A DNA stretch of 64,000 nt from a virus (taxonomy: Duplodnaviria; Caudoviricetes), in the IMG/VR virus record IMGVR_UViG_3300027029_000001, positions 2,966 to 66,965 of that record. One strand, written 5' to 3'. Below the pieces are notes generated by a model that saw nothing but the letters and a program-made list of their open reading frames with translations, did not search any database and was not told where the DNA came from. A program made the position numbers and the translations under genes. Below, one piece after another: positions 8,406 to 17,278 of this stretch. Numbering within the stretch: the first letter of the stretch is position 1; each line of letters opens with the position of its first letter.

Positions 8406-8555
8406 CTAATTGGGAACGGCGCCGCTGGCGATCACCAGCAGCATGTGGGCTGCGGTGTAGAGCCATAGCGCGGCGAACGCTGCGACGGCGGCGAGCGAGG
8501 CCCGTCGGACGAGTGTGTCGCGATCTTCCATTAGCCCCGAGGGGTCGTTTTCCAT
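8406..8555 (-). CDS. Small membrane protein (49 aa)
   Basis: MENDPSGLMEDRDTLVRRASLAAVAAFAALWLYTAAHMLLVIASGAVPN. Confidence 0.55.
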   Translation of the reverse strand: MENDPSGLMEDRDTLVRRASLAAVAAFAALWLYTAAHMLLVIASGAVPN

Positions 8556-8594
8556 ATCAGGGTGAAGCCCATGAGAACGGGGCGGCGGGATTCG

Positions 8595-8760
8595 TGGAAA
8601 ACCGCTCGGCGACAGCGCGGAAACCGGAAATGCCGCTCGGATTTGAAGACCGCGCGCCCCACCGGGGACGATACTCTTCCGTGTTGATTTGCAAGGTGGC
8701 ATTTCTGCAACTTTGGAAAACTCCGCCGCTATACCGGAATTTTTGGAAAACCGTTTTCCA
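8595..8760. other. attP: tRNA-Sec-derived core flanked by arm-type repeats
   Basis: TGGAAAAC at 8595, 8714 and 8744, inverted copy at 8753-8760; core between them; about 700 bp from the int 3' end. Confidence 0.8.
8642..8680 (-). tRNA. selC: 5' half of tRNA-Sec up to the TCA anticodon loop (att core, not a complete gene)
   Basis: GGAAGAGT-AT-CGTCCC-CGGT-GGGGCG-CGCGGT-CTTCAAA: 8-nt acceptor strand, 6-bp D-stem with 4-nt loop, TCA anticodon; no 3' half follows. Confidence 0.8.
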
Positions 8761-8763
8761 CCC

Positions 8764-9006
8764 TCACTTGCGAAGAATGCGCCAACCGGCGTCGTCGAGC
8801 GCATCTAAAACGGCCTTCGCTTTCTTTCGGGTTTGCCGTCCTACTCTTGGCACTCCGGCCGCATCAGCTCCTCGCCCGTCAGCGATAACGGAAGCAATTA
8901 CGTCAATCGGATCGGGGCCCTTGGGTGCTGCGTTAAGGTGCCGCTGATTGCCTTGCTGATGGACCGCTGCGACAAACGTCCGAATCGTATCGGTCTTGGG
9001 GTTCAC
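8764..9006 (-). CDS. Hypothetical protein
   Basis: GTG at 9006 preceded by GGAGG. Confidence 0.65.
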   Translation of the reverse strand: MNPKTDTIRTFVAAVHQQGNQRHLNAAPKGPDPIDVIASVIADGRGADAAGVPRVGRQTRKKAKAVLDALDDAGWRILRK

Positions 9007-9026
9007 TTCTTCCTCCGTTCCAGCAC
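9003..9026 (-). repeat. 24-bp RBS/start-codon linker, repeated at 9440-9463
   Basis: tcacttcttcctccgttccagcac vs tcacctcttcctccgctccagcac, 22/24 identical. Confidence 0.8.
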
Positions 9027-9056
9027 TGTGCCGCTCGAATGGCACCAATTTGGGGG

Positions 9057-9443
9057 TTAGCTTTTCGTTTTGGGCAATTCGTCAGAGATTCCGGAAGGAT
9101 TTTCCATCGCCCAATCTGAGTAAGCAGCGAATAGCCCTTTCTCGCAGAGGAAGTCTTGCATGCGTTTTATCTGGGACACGACTTCTTCTCCCGTCCTCCC
9201 ATCGGCCGGCTCCAAGCCCAGCGCCCATGCGGCTGAGCGGACGATGTCGGAAGCCTTGGTCCGGTCCACAATGAAGCTGACTCGCCGTTCGCCGCGCTCA
9301 CCTTCACAGCACGAGATTCGCATAGTTCCTTCCCTGATATCGATGTATAAATAGGAATTCTCCAGCCCCCCTTCACAAGCCCACCAACCGACATAATGAT
9401 CGTCGGAGACCCGTTCTATGCGATCCATGATGCGGCTACTCAC
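9057..9443 (-). CDS. Hypothetical protein
   Basis: GTGA overlap with int stop; GGAGG RBS. Confidence 0.7.
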   Translation of the reverse strand: MSSRIMDRIERVSDDHYVGWWACEGGLENSYLYIDIREGTMRISCCEGERGERRVSFIVDRTKASDIVRSAAWALGLEPADGRTGEEVVSQIKRMQDFLCEKGLFAAYSDWAMENPSGISDELPKTKS

Positions 9444-10504
9444 CTCTTCCTCCGCTCCAGCACATGCACCGCCCTCTTGGCGGCCTCTTTCCGATCGGAC
9501 CCACGGCTATAATGCAGCGCCATGTTCGGCGAGCTGTGCCCAAGCCGCGCCTGGATCGCCCGAATGTCGCCGCCGAGGTCGCCGAGGTTCTTCCCCGCCG
9601 TCGTGCGCATCCCATGGAACGTGATGCCGGGCCGCACGAGGCCATCCGCCAGCAGCCGCAAGATCAGCGCCCGAAACTCTTTCCGCAGCGTGGCGGGCTT
9701 CCACGGCCGTCCCGACGCGCCCGTGACGATGGTCGTCGCCACCCTCGGGGTCGCATCGAGGATTTCCCGCAGCCGATAGTCCGCCGGCAGCCATACGGCG
9801 TTGCCGGTCTTGCCCTGGCGCCATTCGACATGCTGCCCGTCATATGCCGACCACGACATCCGCACGACATCCTCGCCTCGCGGCCCGGCCCACATGGCGA
9901 GCGCGACCGCGACCTTAAGCCCGCCGGTCGCGGCGTCGAGCACAGCGGCGCATTCGTCGTCCGACCAGGCGCGGTTCGCTTCGGGTGCGTCGCGCGGCTT
10001 GGCGATCTTCGGAAGACCGAGCGCGGCGTTCTCGATGACATAGCCGCGCGGCCTGCCCCACCCGAGCACAACCGAGAGCATGTGGACGACGTAGTTGCCG
10101 AACCGGCGTTTGTGCTGCGCGAAGGCCCTGTCTCGGATTTTGAGGCAGGTTGCCGACGTGAGTTGAACAAGCGGCATGTCGTCGAGCGCCGCAAGGTAGT
10201 CGAGCACCTTGCCGTAATCGCTCTTGGTGCGAGGAGCGAGGCGGGAGAACTCCGGACTAGTGCGGTAGGCGGCGACGAGGGCGCCCCATGTGCCGGTGCG
10301 GTACGGTGCGCCCGGCCCCTCTTTTTTGCGCGCCGCCAGGGTTTTCTGCACGCCGGTCGCGGCGGTTTCGTCGAGCCGGTGGACCTCGGCGACAAACGCG
10401 GCGGAGTGCGGCGGCGCGGTGATCCGCGTGCCGGTGGCGCGGTGGTAGTAGTAGGTGCGCCCTTTCGAGCGAACGCGCTTAACGCCGCGAATGCGCACGA
10501 TCAT
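9440..10504 (-). CDS. int: Tyrosine integrase
   Basis: GPRGED (R), QGKTG (K), HGMR, LGH, HYSR (Y); likely start MIVRIRGVK at 10504. Confidence 0.95.
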   Translation of the reverse strand: MIVRIRGVKRVRSKGRTYYYHRATGTRITAPPHSAAFVAEVHRLDETAATGVQKTLAARKKEGPGAPYRTGTWGALVAAYRTSPEFSRLAPRTKSDYGKVLDYLAALDDMPLVQLTSATCLKIRDRAFAQHKRRFGNYVVHMLSVVLGWGRPRGYVIENAALGLPKIAKPRDAPEANRAWSDDECAAVLDAATGGLKVAVALAMWAGPRGEDVVRMSWSAYDGQHVEWRQGKTGNAVWLPADYRLREILDATPRVATTIVTGASGRPWKPATLRKEFRALILRLLADGLVRPGITFHGMRTTAGKNLGDLGGDIRAIQARLGHSSPNMALHYSRGSDRKEAAKRAVHVLERRKR

Positions 10505-10748
10505 CGGCCCCCAAGCCCCCCAGCCATTCGTCAACCGGCCGGAGAACGTCGCCGAGCCCGGAGCGTTGGTCAAGCCAGCGGTCCAAGGCCTTCACGTCCC
10601 AAAGGTTTCGCCGCCCCATGACGAGCGGCGGGACGGATGGCGCGACGTGCTCGTCAAAATGGGTCGGCGACATGCCGCAATAGGCAGAGGCGCCGTCTCG
10701 CGACAGGAGCCGGGGCGTCAGCCCGCACGGCAGCGAGCGCTCAGCCAT
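10479..10748 (-). CDS. Excisionase-like winged-helix protein
   Basis: LLSRDGASAYCGMS...RRNLWDVKALDRWL; overlaps int start. Confidence 0.75.
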   Translation of the reverse strand: MAERSLPCGLTPRLLSRDGASAYCGMSPTHFDEHVAPSVPPLVMGRRNLWDVKALDRWLDQRSGLGDVLRPVDEWLGGLGADDRAHSRR

Positions 10749-11055
10749 TGCGCTCGCGGGCGATCTCGGCGTCGATCTCTTCCGGCGGCACGCAGGTTAT
10801 GAACAATCGCCCATTGTCTCTCACCTGCTCGCCCTCATGTCTGCATAGCCATTGATACCGCTTCGCGTCACGCAGCACGTCGGCAAGCGACGACCCGACC
10901 GTCCACCCCGCCGGCAATTCGGGAAGCTCGTTCCCGCCGTCCCACCAGCCGTCGTGTAGCCAGCACAACGACAGGAACGCCCCGGCCGCGTCGTAAATCA
11001 CGTACCAGCCCGGCTCGCGGGTTGCGCCGTCAGTCGTCTGTTCAGCGTCAGGCAT
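10741..11055 (-). CDS. Hypothetical protein
   Basis: Overlap-coupled ORF in leftward operon. Confidence 0.65.
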   Translation of the reverse strand: MPDAEQTTDGATREPGWYVIYDAAGAFLSLCWLHDGWWDGGNELPELPAGWTVGSSLADVLRDAKRYQWLCRHEGEQVRDNGRLFITCVPPEEIDAEIARERNG

Positions 11056-11224
11056 TGCTCGATTTCCTAGCCGGTTTATTCAGTGCCGCAAGATCGGGCC
11101 GTAGGTGCTCAATGCGGCGACAGATATAACCGCAACCACCAAGGCACGGGGTCTGGCCCGTTGGATCGCAGCGACAGTGAAGCGGGATTGCCGTCTGCGA
11201 GTCATGCGGAGGCTTGGCGCTCAT
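11048..11224 (-). CDS. 58-aa Cys-rich peptide (not in ORF track)
   Basis: MSAKPPHDSQTAIPLHCRCDPTGQTPCLGGCGYICRRIEH; fills the gap between coupled genes. Confidence 0.5.
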   Translation of the reverse strand: MSAKPPHDSQTAIPLHCRCDPTGQTPCLGGCGYICRRIEHLRPDLAALNKPARKSSNA

Positions 11225-11225
11225 C

Positions 11226-11447
11226 TCACGCCAGCCACGGCGTCATCACCCCGAGCAGGTATGCGACCGCTATCAGCGCGATCGACCAGCGGAAATAATG
11301 TCGGTAGTCCTCGGCGACCCGCTTGGCGATTTCGTCGTCGCGGGACGAGCATGGCGCGACGGGCACGCTGCTGTCCGGGAAACGCTCGGCCCACTTCGCA
11401 TGCGCCTCGCCGATCAGCCAATGGACGCGGCTTTCAAAGTCAGTCAT
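11226..11447 (-). CDS. Small protein with C-terminal TM helix
   Basis: YFRWSIALIAVAYLLGVMTPWLA. Confidence 0.6.
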   Translation of the reverse strand: MTDFESRVHWLIGEAHAKWAERFPDSSVPVAPCSSRDDEIAKRVAEDYRHYFRWSIALIAVAYLLGVMTPWLA

Positions 11448-11667
11448 GTGCTTTCTCCCCGCAAGGTTCAGGATTGCCGGCCTGGGTTATTGCGTCGCCG
11501 CAGCAGTTTGCCGTCCCTCCGATACATTCCTGGCACGGCCGGTACGTGACGGTGCGCCGGCCGTTCTCGTCCGCGCCGAGCTCCATGATCCATCCCGGAC
11601 CCATTGGGCCGCCACGGTCGCGGCAGGTTTCACAGAGCATCGCGCCATACAATCGGCTGGGCATCAT
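11440..11667 (-). CDS. Zinc-finger-like small protein
   Basis: CETC...CQEC...CC. Confidence 0.55.
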   Translation of the reverse strand: MMPSRLYGAMLCETCRDRGGPMGPGWIMELGADENGRRTVTYRPCQECIGGTANCCGDAITQAGNPEPCGEKAHD

Positions 11668-12196
11668 TCCTTAGATAAAGCGGATGCCTTGGCGAACCGT
11701 CCTTAGTTACCCCCACGCACATCAGTCTGAATGGCCCCAGGATTGCGAGCACATCATCAGCATATTGGCGGAGTGGCCTGGGTAGCGCTCCCCACGCAAC
11801 GACTACGACGGATGCGCGCTGGGCAAAACTCGCGATGCACCCCAAGTTCTTACTGCTGCTGGGAACCGCCTCTATTGGGTGCCGGTTCGGTTCACCAATA
11901 AGCGATAATAAAACACTGGGGTTGGTCGCCCGATAGTCCATGATGTTGCACTTGATGTAACAGTCCAGCCCCATCTTTTTGGTAAAGTGCATTTCCTTGC
12001 GAATCGTCGGGTCGTCGATGTTAGCTTCGGCCGTGCTGGGATTCATGCCTATCCACAGCGCGTATGGTTCTCGCCCGTCCGTACCCCATTCTCTACTTAG
12101 CCAGTGCCGAAATCTACCACAAGGGCTGAAGACTGCATTTCCCTTGACGCCTGGTAACAATTTCAAGCGCACCTTCCCGCCGGGATCATGGGTCAT
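11630..12196 (-). CDS. DUF1643 family protein
   Basis: RHWLSREW, WIGMNPSTA, DDPTIRK, VVAWG, PRHPLY. Confidence 0.85.
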   Translation of the reverse strand: MTHDPGGKVRLKLLPGVKGNAVFSPCGRFRHWLSREWGTDGREPYALWIGMNPSTAEANIDDPTIRKEMHFTKKMGLDCYIKCNIMDYRATNPSVLLSLIGEPNRHPIEAVPSSSKNLGCIASFAQRASVVVVAWGALPRPLRQYADDVLAILGPFRLMCVGVTKDGSPRHPLYLRNDAQPIVWRDAL

Positions 12197-12690
12197 AGCG
12201 CCTCATACCCCTCTCGATAATCCTGGTACGCCGCCTCCAGCGCCTCGAAGCGCCGTAGACAGTCGGGATTGGTTGCGATCTCCCGACGCGACTCACGGCA
12301 GCCACATACGCGCCGGATGTAGACCGCAGCTATCAGCTCGCTCGCCTGATCCTGCTCGCGTCTCTCGACGAGCCACGCCTGGAACCGCTCGTCCTTCGCC
12401 AGCGCCCCAGCACGCACCACGGCCCTCTCGCCGGGCGTCTGTGCGGCATAGCGCGCCTTGCCGGCCATCGACCGGGCCGGGTCTTTGTGGGGCTCTGCGG
12501 GCTCCGCGCGGGCTTCTGGCGGCGTCAGGCGGGCAATACCTACCCAGCGGTCGGTGCCGGGCTGCGGGATGCCGCCGAGGGCCCGCAGAGCCTCGTCCGC
12601 CCTTTCCAACGGTAGCTCAAGAATGATTTGGAGCACGGCCCTGGTTTTCACCGTGCGCAGGTCCACGAATGTCGCTTCGATGGCGGTCAT
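12193..12690 (-). CDS. Hypothetical protein
   Basis: ATGA-coupled on both sides. Confidence 0.7.
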   Translation of the reverse strand: MTAIEATFVDLRTVKTRAVLQIILELPLERADEALRALGGIPQPGTDRWVGIARLTPPEARAEPAEPHKDPARSMAGKARYAAQTPGERAVVRAGALAKDERFQAWLVERREQDQASELIAAVYIRRVCGCRESRREIATNPDCLRRFEALEAAYQDYREGYEAL

Positions 12691-13406
12691 GCCGATGCCA
12701 AAATCTCGTTCTTGCGCGCGATGGAGAATTGGATCAGCCCATCGTAGGCGTCCGGGTTTGCCGCCTTGATCTTGGCAAGGTCGTCGGCGCCGATTTCCAC
12801 AATCTCGTCAATCAGCTTCGGTAGCTTCGCCTTCTCCATCGCATCGTGCAGCCGCTTCCACGCGCCGCGCGCGTACGCCAGTTCCTCCTCGGAAGGCCCG
12901 TCAACCGGAGCGCGCCTTGCGGGGCCACTTGGGCGTGCCGGCGCGGCCTGCCGGACAGCGGGCTGCGCTTGTGTCGTCGGCGCATTGATGGACGCGGCAT
13001 TGCCGTCGTCGTCCTCCGGCGCCAGCCCGACCATCGCCATTGCCGCATATCGGCGCAGGTAGGTGATCACGCTGCCCGCCCCCTGCGCGGTGAATTGCTG
13101 CGGCGCGACATAGAGGGTCGACTCGATCCACTGGCCGCTCTTGTGTCCAAGCAGCGTCGTGACGCCGATGTTGTTGCCGTCGCCGTTGACCGGCATCTGA
13201 CAGATGGACAGCCCGGCAGCGGCGAGCTTCGGTCGGGCGAGGTCCAGGACCGCCCCCAGCGAGGCATAGGTGCTGGTCCTGTTGCCGCGTTTGAAAGCGG
13301 GGTTCTCGGCGTCGCGCTCGACGTTCTCGAGCGTCTGCTGCACGCTCGCCAGAGCGGTGAACAACTCGCCACACTCTTCACTGCGGCGGCAGGCGTCGGT
13401 ATCCAT
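12687..13406 (-). CDS. erf: ERF-family single-strand annealing protein
   Basis: YASLGAVLD, TTLLGHKSGQWIES, GSVITYLRRYA, EDDDGNAA; start 13406 or 13418. Confidence 0.9.
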   Translation of the reverse strand: MDTDACRRSEECGELFTALASVQQTLENVERDAENPAFKRGNRTSTYASLGAVLDLARPKLAAAGLSICQMPVNGDGNNIGVTTLLGHKSGQWIESTLYVAPQQFTAQGAGSVITYLRRYAAMAMVGLAPEDDDGNAASINAPTTQAQPAVRQAAPARPSGPARRAPVDGPSEEELAYARGAWKRLHDAMEKAKLPKLIDEIVEIGADDLAKIKAANPDAYDGLIQFSIARKNEILASA

Positions 13407-13408
13407 GT

Positions 13409-14146
13409 TCAACCCCATATCTGCATCGCGACGGCCTTGGTCGCATCGGTCCAGTAGAACGACGACAGGTTCGGCGAGAACATCGCGGCGGCCTGCTCCT
13501 TGTCGTCGATGCGCGACAGCAGCCCGCGAATGGCCCTGGCGCCCCTCAGCATCGACCATCGCGCAGCCGTCGCGTCGAGCATCAGGCTCGGGTAGATGAT
13601 CCCCTTGGCCGGCGTCACGTAGGCAATCCCTGCCGGCCGCTCCATTGCGTCGGCATAGGACACGACCTGCGCCGCATGGTCGTCGCGCGGGGCGGACGGC
13701 ATCCGCATCGTCGTCTTGAATTCCAACAGGTGATCGGGCCACACATAGTCGACATACCCGACAATCGGCACGTCGATCCCGTCCAGCCATTGCTCGACCC
13801 GGTACTGGCGCGCGATGGGCTCGCCGAGCGGGCGTAGCAGCTTTGCGGCCTGGCGCACGAAAGCCGGCAACGCCTCGCGCTCCTTGACCACCTTCTCGTC
13901 CAGGTCGCCTTGAGCCCTGGACTCGAAGGATTGGATCGCGGCTTCGACCGCTTCGTCGTCCGGGCAGTTCTTGTAAAGCACCAAGTCGACTGCGGCCTCG
14001 ACCGCCTGCCCACGCCATGCACCGGGGCCGGCGTCGTCGCTGACGCCCCAGAGATATTTCATGACCCACAGCGCCGGCTCGGCCCGGTAGAGGTTGATGC
14101 TCGACGCCGACAGATGCCCGATGCCGTGGCGCTCGAAGGCGTTCAT
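13409..14146 (-). CDS. PD-(D/E)XK exonuclease
   Basis: HLSASSINLY...GYVD...LLEFKT; adjacent to ERF. Confidence 0.85.
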   Translation of the reverse strand: MNAFERHGIGHLSASSINLYRAEPALWVMKYLWGVSDDAGPGAWRGQAVEAAVDLVLYKNCPDDEAVEAAIQSFESRAQGDLDEKVVKEREALPAFVRQAAKLLRPLGEPIARQYRVEQWLDGIDVPIVGYVDYVWPDHLLEFKTTMRMPSAPRDDHAAQVVSYADAMERPAGIAYVTPAKGIIYPSLMLDATAARWSMLRGARAIRGLLSRIDDKEQAAAMFSPNLSSFYWTDATKAVAMQIWG

Positions 14147-14343
14147 GGCAGCTCTACCCACGTCAGCCAGAAGATCGCCCATGCGGCGACGGCGCCGACC
14201 ACCGCCGCGACCCAGAACCGGAACGGCGGCGACCATTCGGGCTTCTGCACCGCGACCGGCTCGCCCACGCTGTATTCGCAATGCTCGTCGAGATAGACGC
14301 GCTCGCGCTGGCAATCGTTCAGAATTAGCCGGCGATCAGACAT
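14143..14343 (-). CDS. Small membrane protein
   Basis: C-terminal TM FWVAAVVGAVAAWAIFWLTW. Confidence 0.55.
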   Translation of the reverse strand: MSDRRLILNDCQRERVYLDEHCEYSVGEPVAVQKPEWSPPFRFWVAAVVGAVAAWAIFWLTWVELP

Positions 14344-14602
14344 TGTGAATTTCCTTAAGTTCGGCAGCATACTGTTTGCAGAATGCCTCAACCGCCTCCT
14401 GCCCATCCTGATGGACAATCGCAATCACCTTGCCGGGCGGCGGCCCAATATAATTCATGCCGGTGACAACGCTCACGATTTCGCCTGCGTCATCCAGCTC
14501 GACCGGGCAATAAACGAAAGGCCACCCCATCGTTGCGTCGAGCACATACTTAGTCGTATGTGTCTGATTTTGTTCCGTTACGGGTTTGCCCATATCGCTC
14601 AT
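14336..14602 (-). CDS. Hypothetical protein
   Basis: Coupled ORF; AGGA upstream. Confidence 0.55.
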   Translation of the reverse strand: MSDMGKPVTEQNQTHTTKYVLDATMGWPFVYCPVELDDAGEIVSVVTGMNYIGPPPGKVIAIVHQDGQEAVEAFCKQYAAELKEIHNV

Positions 14603-14603
14603 C

Positions 14604-14894
14604 CTATCCTCGCAATCTCGGCCAGCGGCCGGCCGGATCACTGCGCTCACCCCGAGCCTTGGTAAGGGCCGCATGTGCTTTAGGCCATGCGGTTGCCGCA
14701 TCGTCTGTCGCCCATGCGACAATTTCGGCCAGCGCCTCGTAGAGATCAGGCGCAGCGGCGATCAGCAGCATATTTGCGGGGTTATTAAGGTTGAGCGAGC
14801 ATACCAATTGTCCGCCCGGCTCACGCACCGCATCCCAACCGCCGGGCGCCGCACTTGGTGCCCAAGGCCCCGGCGTCCATTTCGCCTCGCTCAT
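14604..14894 (-). CDS. Phage protein of the TPGPW...LIAAAPDL family
   Basis: MSEAKWTPGPW...NMLLIAAAPDLYEAL. Confidence 0.75.
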   Translation of the reverse strand: MSEAKWTPGPWAPSAAPGGWDAVREPGGQLVCSLNLNNPANMLLIAAAPDLYEALAEIVAWATDDAATAWPKAHAALTKARGERSDPAGRWPRLRG

Positions 14895-15082
14895 TGCCTC
14901 GCCTCCATCATTTCCGCCAGCGGCACGGTCAGCGACCGCAGCACCACCAGCCGCAATTCCTCGGCCAGCGCGAACTCCGCCGCGATCTCGGTGCGCGCCT
15001 CCACCTGGGGCAGCGGGCGCAGCCGCGAGCAGTCGCGCCGCCGGGCCTCGTGCGCGTAGTTGCGGATTGTCGGGTCGATCAT
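14891..15082 (-). CDS. Hypothetical protein
   Basis: GGAGG RBS; ATGA overlap. Confidence 0.6.
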   Translation of the reverse strand: MIDPTIRNYAHEARRRDCSRLRPLPQVEARTEIAAEFALAEELRLVVLRSLTVPLAEMMEARQ

Positions 15083-15096
15083 GATGCGCCTCCCGG

Positions 15097-15330
15097 TCAT
15101 TCGATGCGCCAGATGCGGATACCAGCAACGCCATTCTCCGTACAAATGCGGCACGTAAATTTACGGCCGTTATCGATTGCCCACGAACTCACAGCAGCCC
15201 GCGCTATCCTGACGGCACGCTGATCGCCGGGAACAAAAACGCTCTGACCCATGCCAAGTTCGGGCCATGGATACCGCGTTCTGCCTTTTGGCGGTATTGG
15301 TACGCCGTCATCAATCACAAATTTGGTCAT
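15097..15330 (-). CDS. Small putative DNA-binding phage protein
   Basis: IDDGVPIP...YPWPELGMGQSVFV...GIRIWRI pattern, common in phages. Confidence 0.7.
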   Translation of the reverse strand: MTKFVIDDGVPIPPKGRTRYPWPELGMGQSVFVPGDQRAVRIARAAVSSWAIDNGRKFTCRICTENGVAGIRIWRIE

Positions 15331-15638
15331 TTCACTCCCCACCCTGACGATGAAGAACACCCGCCGGCCAGTGTCGCCGGCAACCCGATACTGCCGCGCG
15401 CCGTGGTTCGCACGTCGTCGGCGAACGGCCGCGTCAGCGCCATTTCCGCCGGCCAGCGATCGGTCGGCACCGGGCCTTCCGGCGGCTGATCCCGTTCCGT
15501 GGCGGCTCTCTTGCACGACGCGATGCGCAATGCGCTGACGCACTTGCGTTCGCCGCAGGTGATGCGGAGGGCAAAGTGCTTCGCGCCCTCTTCCTCCGTC
15601 GGCACCAGGATCGCGCCGCAGACCGGGCAATGCCGCAT
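15327..15638 (-). CDS. Zinc-ribbon protein
   Basis: HCPVCG...TCGERKC; TGATG overlap. Confidence 0.6.
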   Translation of the reverse strand: MRHCPVCGAILVPTEEEGAKHFALRITCGERKCVSALRIASCKRAATERDQPPEGPVPTDRWPAEMALTRPFADDVRTTARGSIGLPATLAGGCSSSSGWGVK

Positions 15639-15907
15639 CACTTTTCCCCCGCCAATATCTCGGCCTGTCTGACGATCGCCGTCAGCCGGTCCCGCAGCTC
15701 GCGCAGCTCCGGCAGCCGCGCCCGCATGATGTCGGGCTCGCGCAGCCGGCCGTCGTCCAAGTCGCCGTTGACGACGCGCAGGAACGCGTCGAGCCGGGTC
15801 GCGACCAGCGCCGTGTCGCAGCAAATGTCGATAATGTCGGGAGGCGGCTCCAACCCGGCGCCGGCCCGTGCGATCGTCAGCAGCGTGTCGTTGAGGGAGT
15901 CGGTCAT
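15638..15907 (-). CDS. Hypothetical protein
   Basis: Coupled ORF. Confidence 0.6.
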   Translation of the reverse strand: MTDSLNDTLLTIARAGAGLEPPPDIIDICCDTALVATRLDAFLRVVNGDLDDGRLREPDIMRARLPELRELRDRLTAIVRQAEILAGEK

Positions 15908-16167
15908 CTGGGCCTGCCCGCGCGACGACAGCCAGCAATGGCGTCGATCAAATCGACGGATATGACCCTCTCGCCGGCGTTGTCGAAAGTCTCAATAGTG
16001 ACATTCTCGAAATCAATGGCTACGCAATCCCCCGAGGGACCAACATACCCTTCGCCCGGCTCGAAATCGTAAAGCTGAATCACGAAGGTATCCGCCTGAT
16101 CCCAGCCAGATGCCGAGCCTATTTGCCGTCCGCAAACAATCCACGAAAGCCTTTCGGTTTTTGCCAT
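15904..16167 (-). CDS. Hypothetical protein
   Basis: AGGAG RBS; coupled ORF. Confidence 0.65.
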   Translation of the reverse strand: MAKTERLSWIVCGRQIGSASGWDQADTFVIQLYDFEPGEGYVGPSGDCVAIDFENVTIETFDNAGERVISVDLIDAIAGCRRAGRPR

Positions 16168-16237
16168 TATCGTAGCGCTCCTTTTTCAAGAGATTCCCGT
16201 GGACGGAGAAGGTGCGGGACAACACAAAGCGCCACAA

Positions 16238-16861
16238 CTAAAGGACTCGCCGTCTGGCAATGCCAAGCCCGACGAGCGCCAGCCCCAGAAGCGCCAGCGT
16301 GCCCGCTTCCGGCACGGCCGCCGTGTCCTCGATCTGCCCCGCCGAGCCGGTCAGGAACTCGTCGCCCGGCGACAGCGCGAATTGGTCGAGCAGGGTCCTC
16401 ACGGTCGCGAAGATGTATTCGCCATCCGTCGTCCCGCCGGGGAAGCTGGCGAGGAACGCCGGGTCGCCCGACGACACATACGTCCAGTCGAATGCGATGT
16501 GCGGGTTCGGGCTGCCGTCGTCGATTTGAGTGATTTGCGCCGTCCCGCTGGCCGTATCGCCGTCCGGGAAGGCGACCGAAAGCGCCTCCTCCCCGCCCGA
16601 GACGACCATAAAGACGCCGTCGACCTCGGGGCCGGTCGCGAACGTCGTCGGGCCGAAATGCGCGCCGTCTGGAACCGTCCCGACCTCCGAGTCGAACAGC
16701 GCCGACGCCCAATACCCCGGTGAGTTCGCCGCGATCGTACCGTTTCCGGTGGACACGAGGTCGTAGGACATGCCGAGGCTGCCGCCGATCGTGATTTGGC
16801 CGGCCCACGCCGGCGCCGCGAGCGCGCCGAGGATCGTGCCGGCGAGAAGTAGCTGTTTCAT
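16238..16861 (-). CDS. Exported PEP-CTERM-type protein
   Basis: Signal MKQLLLAGTILGALAAPAWA; C-terminus VPEAGTLALLGLALVGLGIARRR. Confidence 0.85.
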   Translation of the reverse strand: MKQLLLAGTILGALAAPAWAGQITIGGSLGMSYDLVSTGNGTIAANSPGYWASALFDSEVGTVPDGAHFGPTTFATGPEVDGVFMVVSGGEEALSVAFPDGDTASGTAQITQIDDGSPNPHIAFDWTYVSSGDPAFLASFPGGTTDGEYIFATVRTLLDQFALSPGDEFLTGSAGQIEDTAAVPEAGTLALLGLALVGLGIARRRVL

Positions 16862-17089
16862 CTGTGCGCGGACCCCATCAGGTTGACGGGGAGTCAATGC
16901 GCACAAACGCGCATCCATGTCCATCATAAAATGCGCATTACCGCGAAATTAAATCGCGTCCTTGATAAGGTTGATGTTTTTTTGGACGGCTCGCGGACGC
17001 TAGAATGACGCTCCGAATCGATTCGGAATTGCGTTTGGGCGCGCTCGGCGCGACAATGCAGGAAGCGATATATTTTCGGGGACTAGGCG

Positions 17090-17278
17090 GTGAGCGAAGA
17101 GGAAGCACGCATCTTCAATAAGATACGCGACACCATCAACAAGATAGAGGCGATAGAGCCTCCCTTGGGTGGCGACAGCGACAATTCAAATCAAGGTGTT
17201 CTGCGACCCGCTGCCCTGCGAATGATGGAATGGGCGGCGACGATGTCAGCAATCGCTTACGGGCTTTCCCTCAACTAG
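17090..17278 (+). CDS. Hypothetical protein convergent with repressor
   Basis: GTG start, 62 aa. Confidence 0.4.
   Translation: MSEEEARIFNKIRDTINKIEAIEPPLGGDSDNSNQGVLRPAALRMMEWAATMSAIAYGLSLN

Noticed and set aside
8580-8680. Complete phage-encoded tRNA-Sec
   Set aside because: No matching anticodon 3' strand, T-arm or ACTCTTCC acceptor strand
8690-8760. A defined sigma70 promoter for the rebuilt selC
   Set aside because: TTGCAG and TATAGC are present but not at workable spacing; left open
12049-12058. DnaA box for the phage DnaA-like protein
   Set aside because: Single mismatched copy inside a coding region
12687-14069. 460-aa ERF fusion as given in the ORF track
   Set aside because: The N-terminal part is an alternative frame of the nuclease gene; ERF starts at 13406 or 13418
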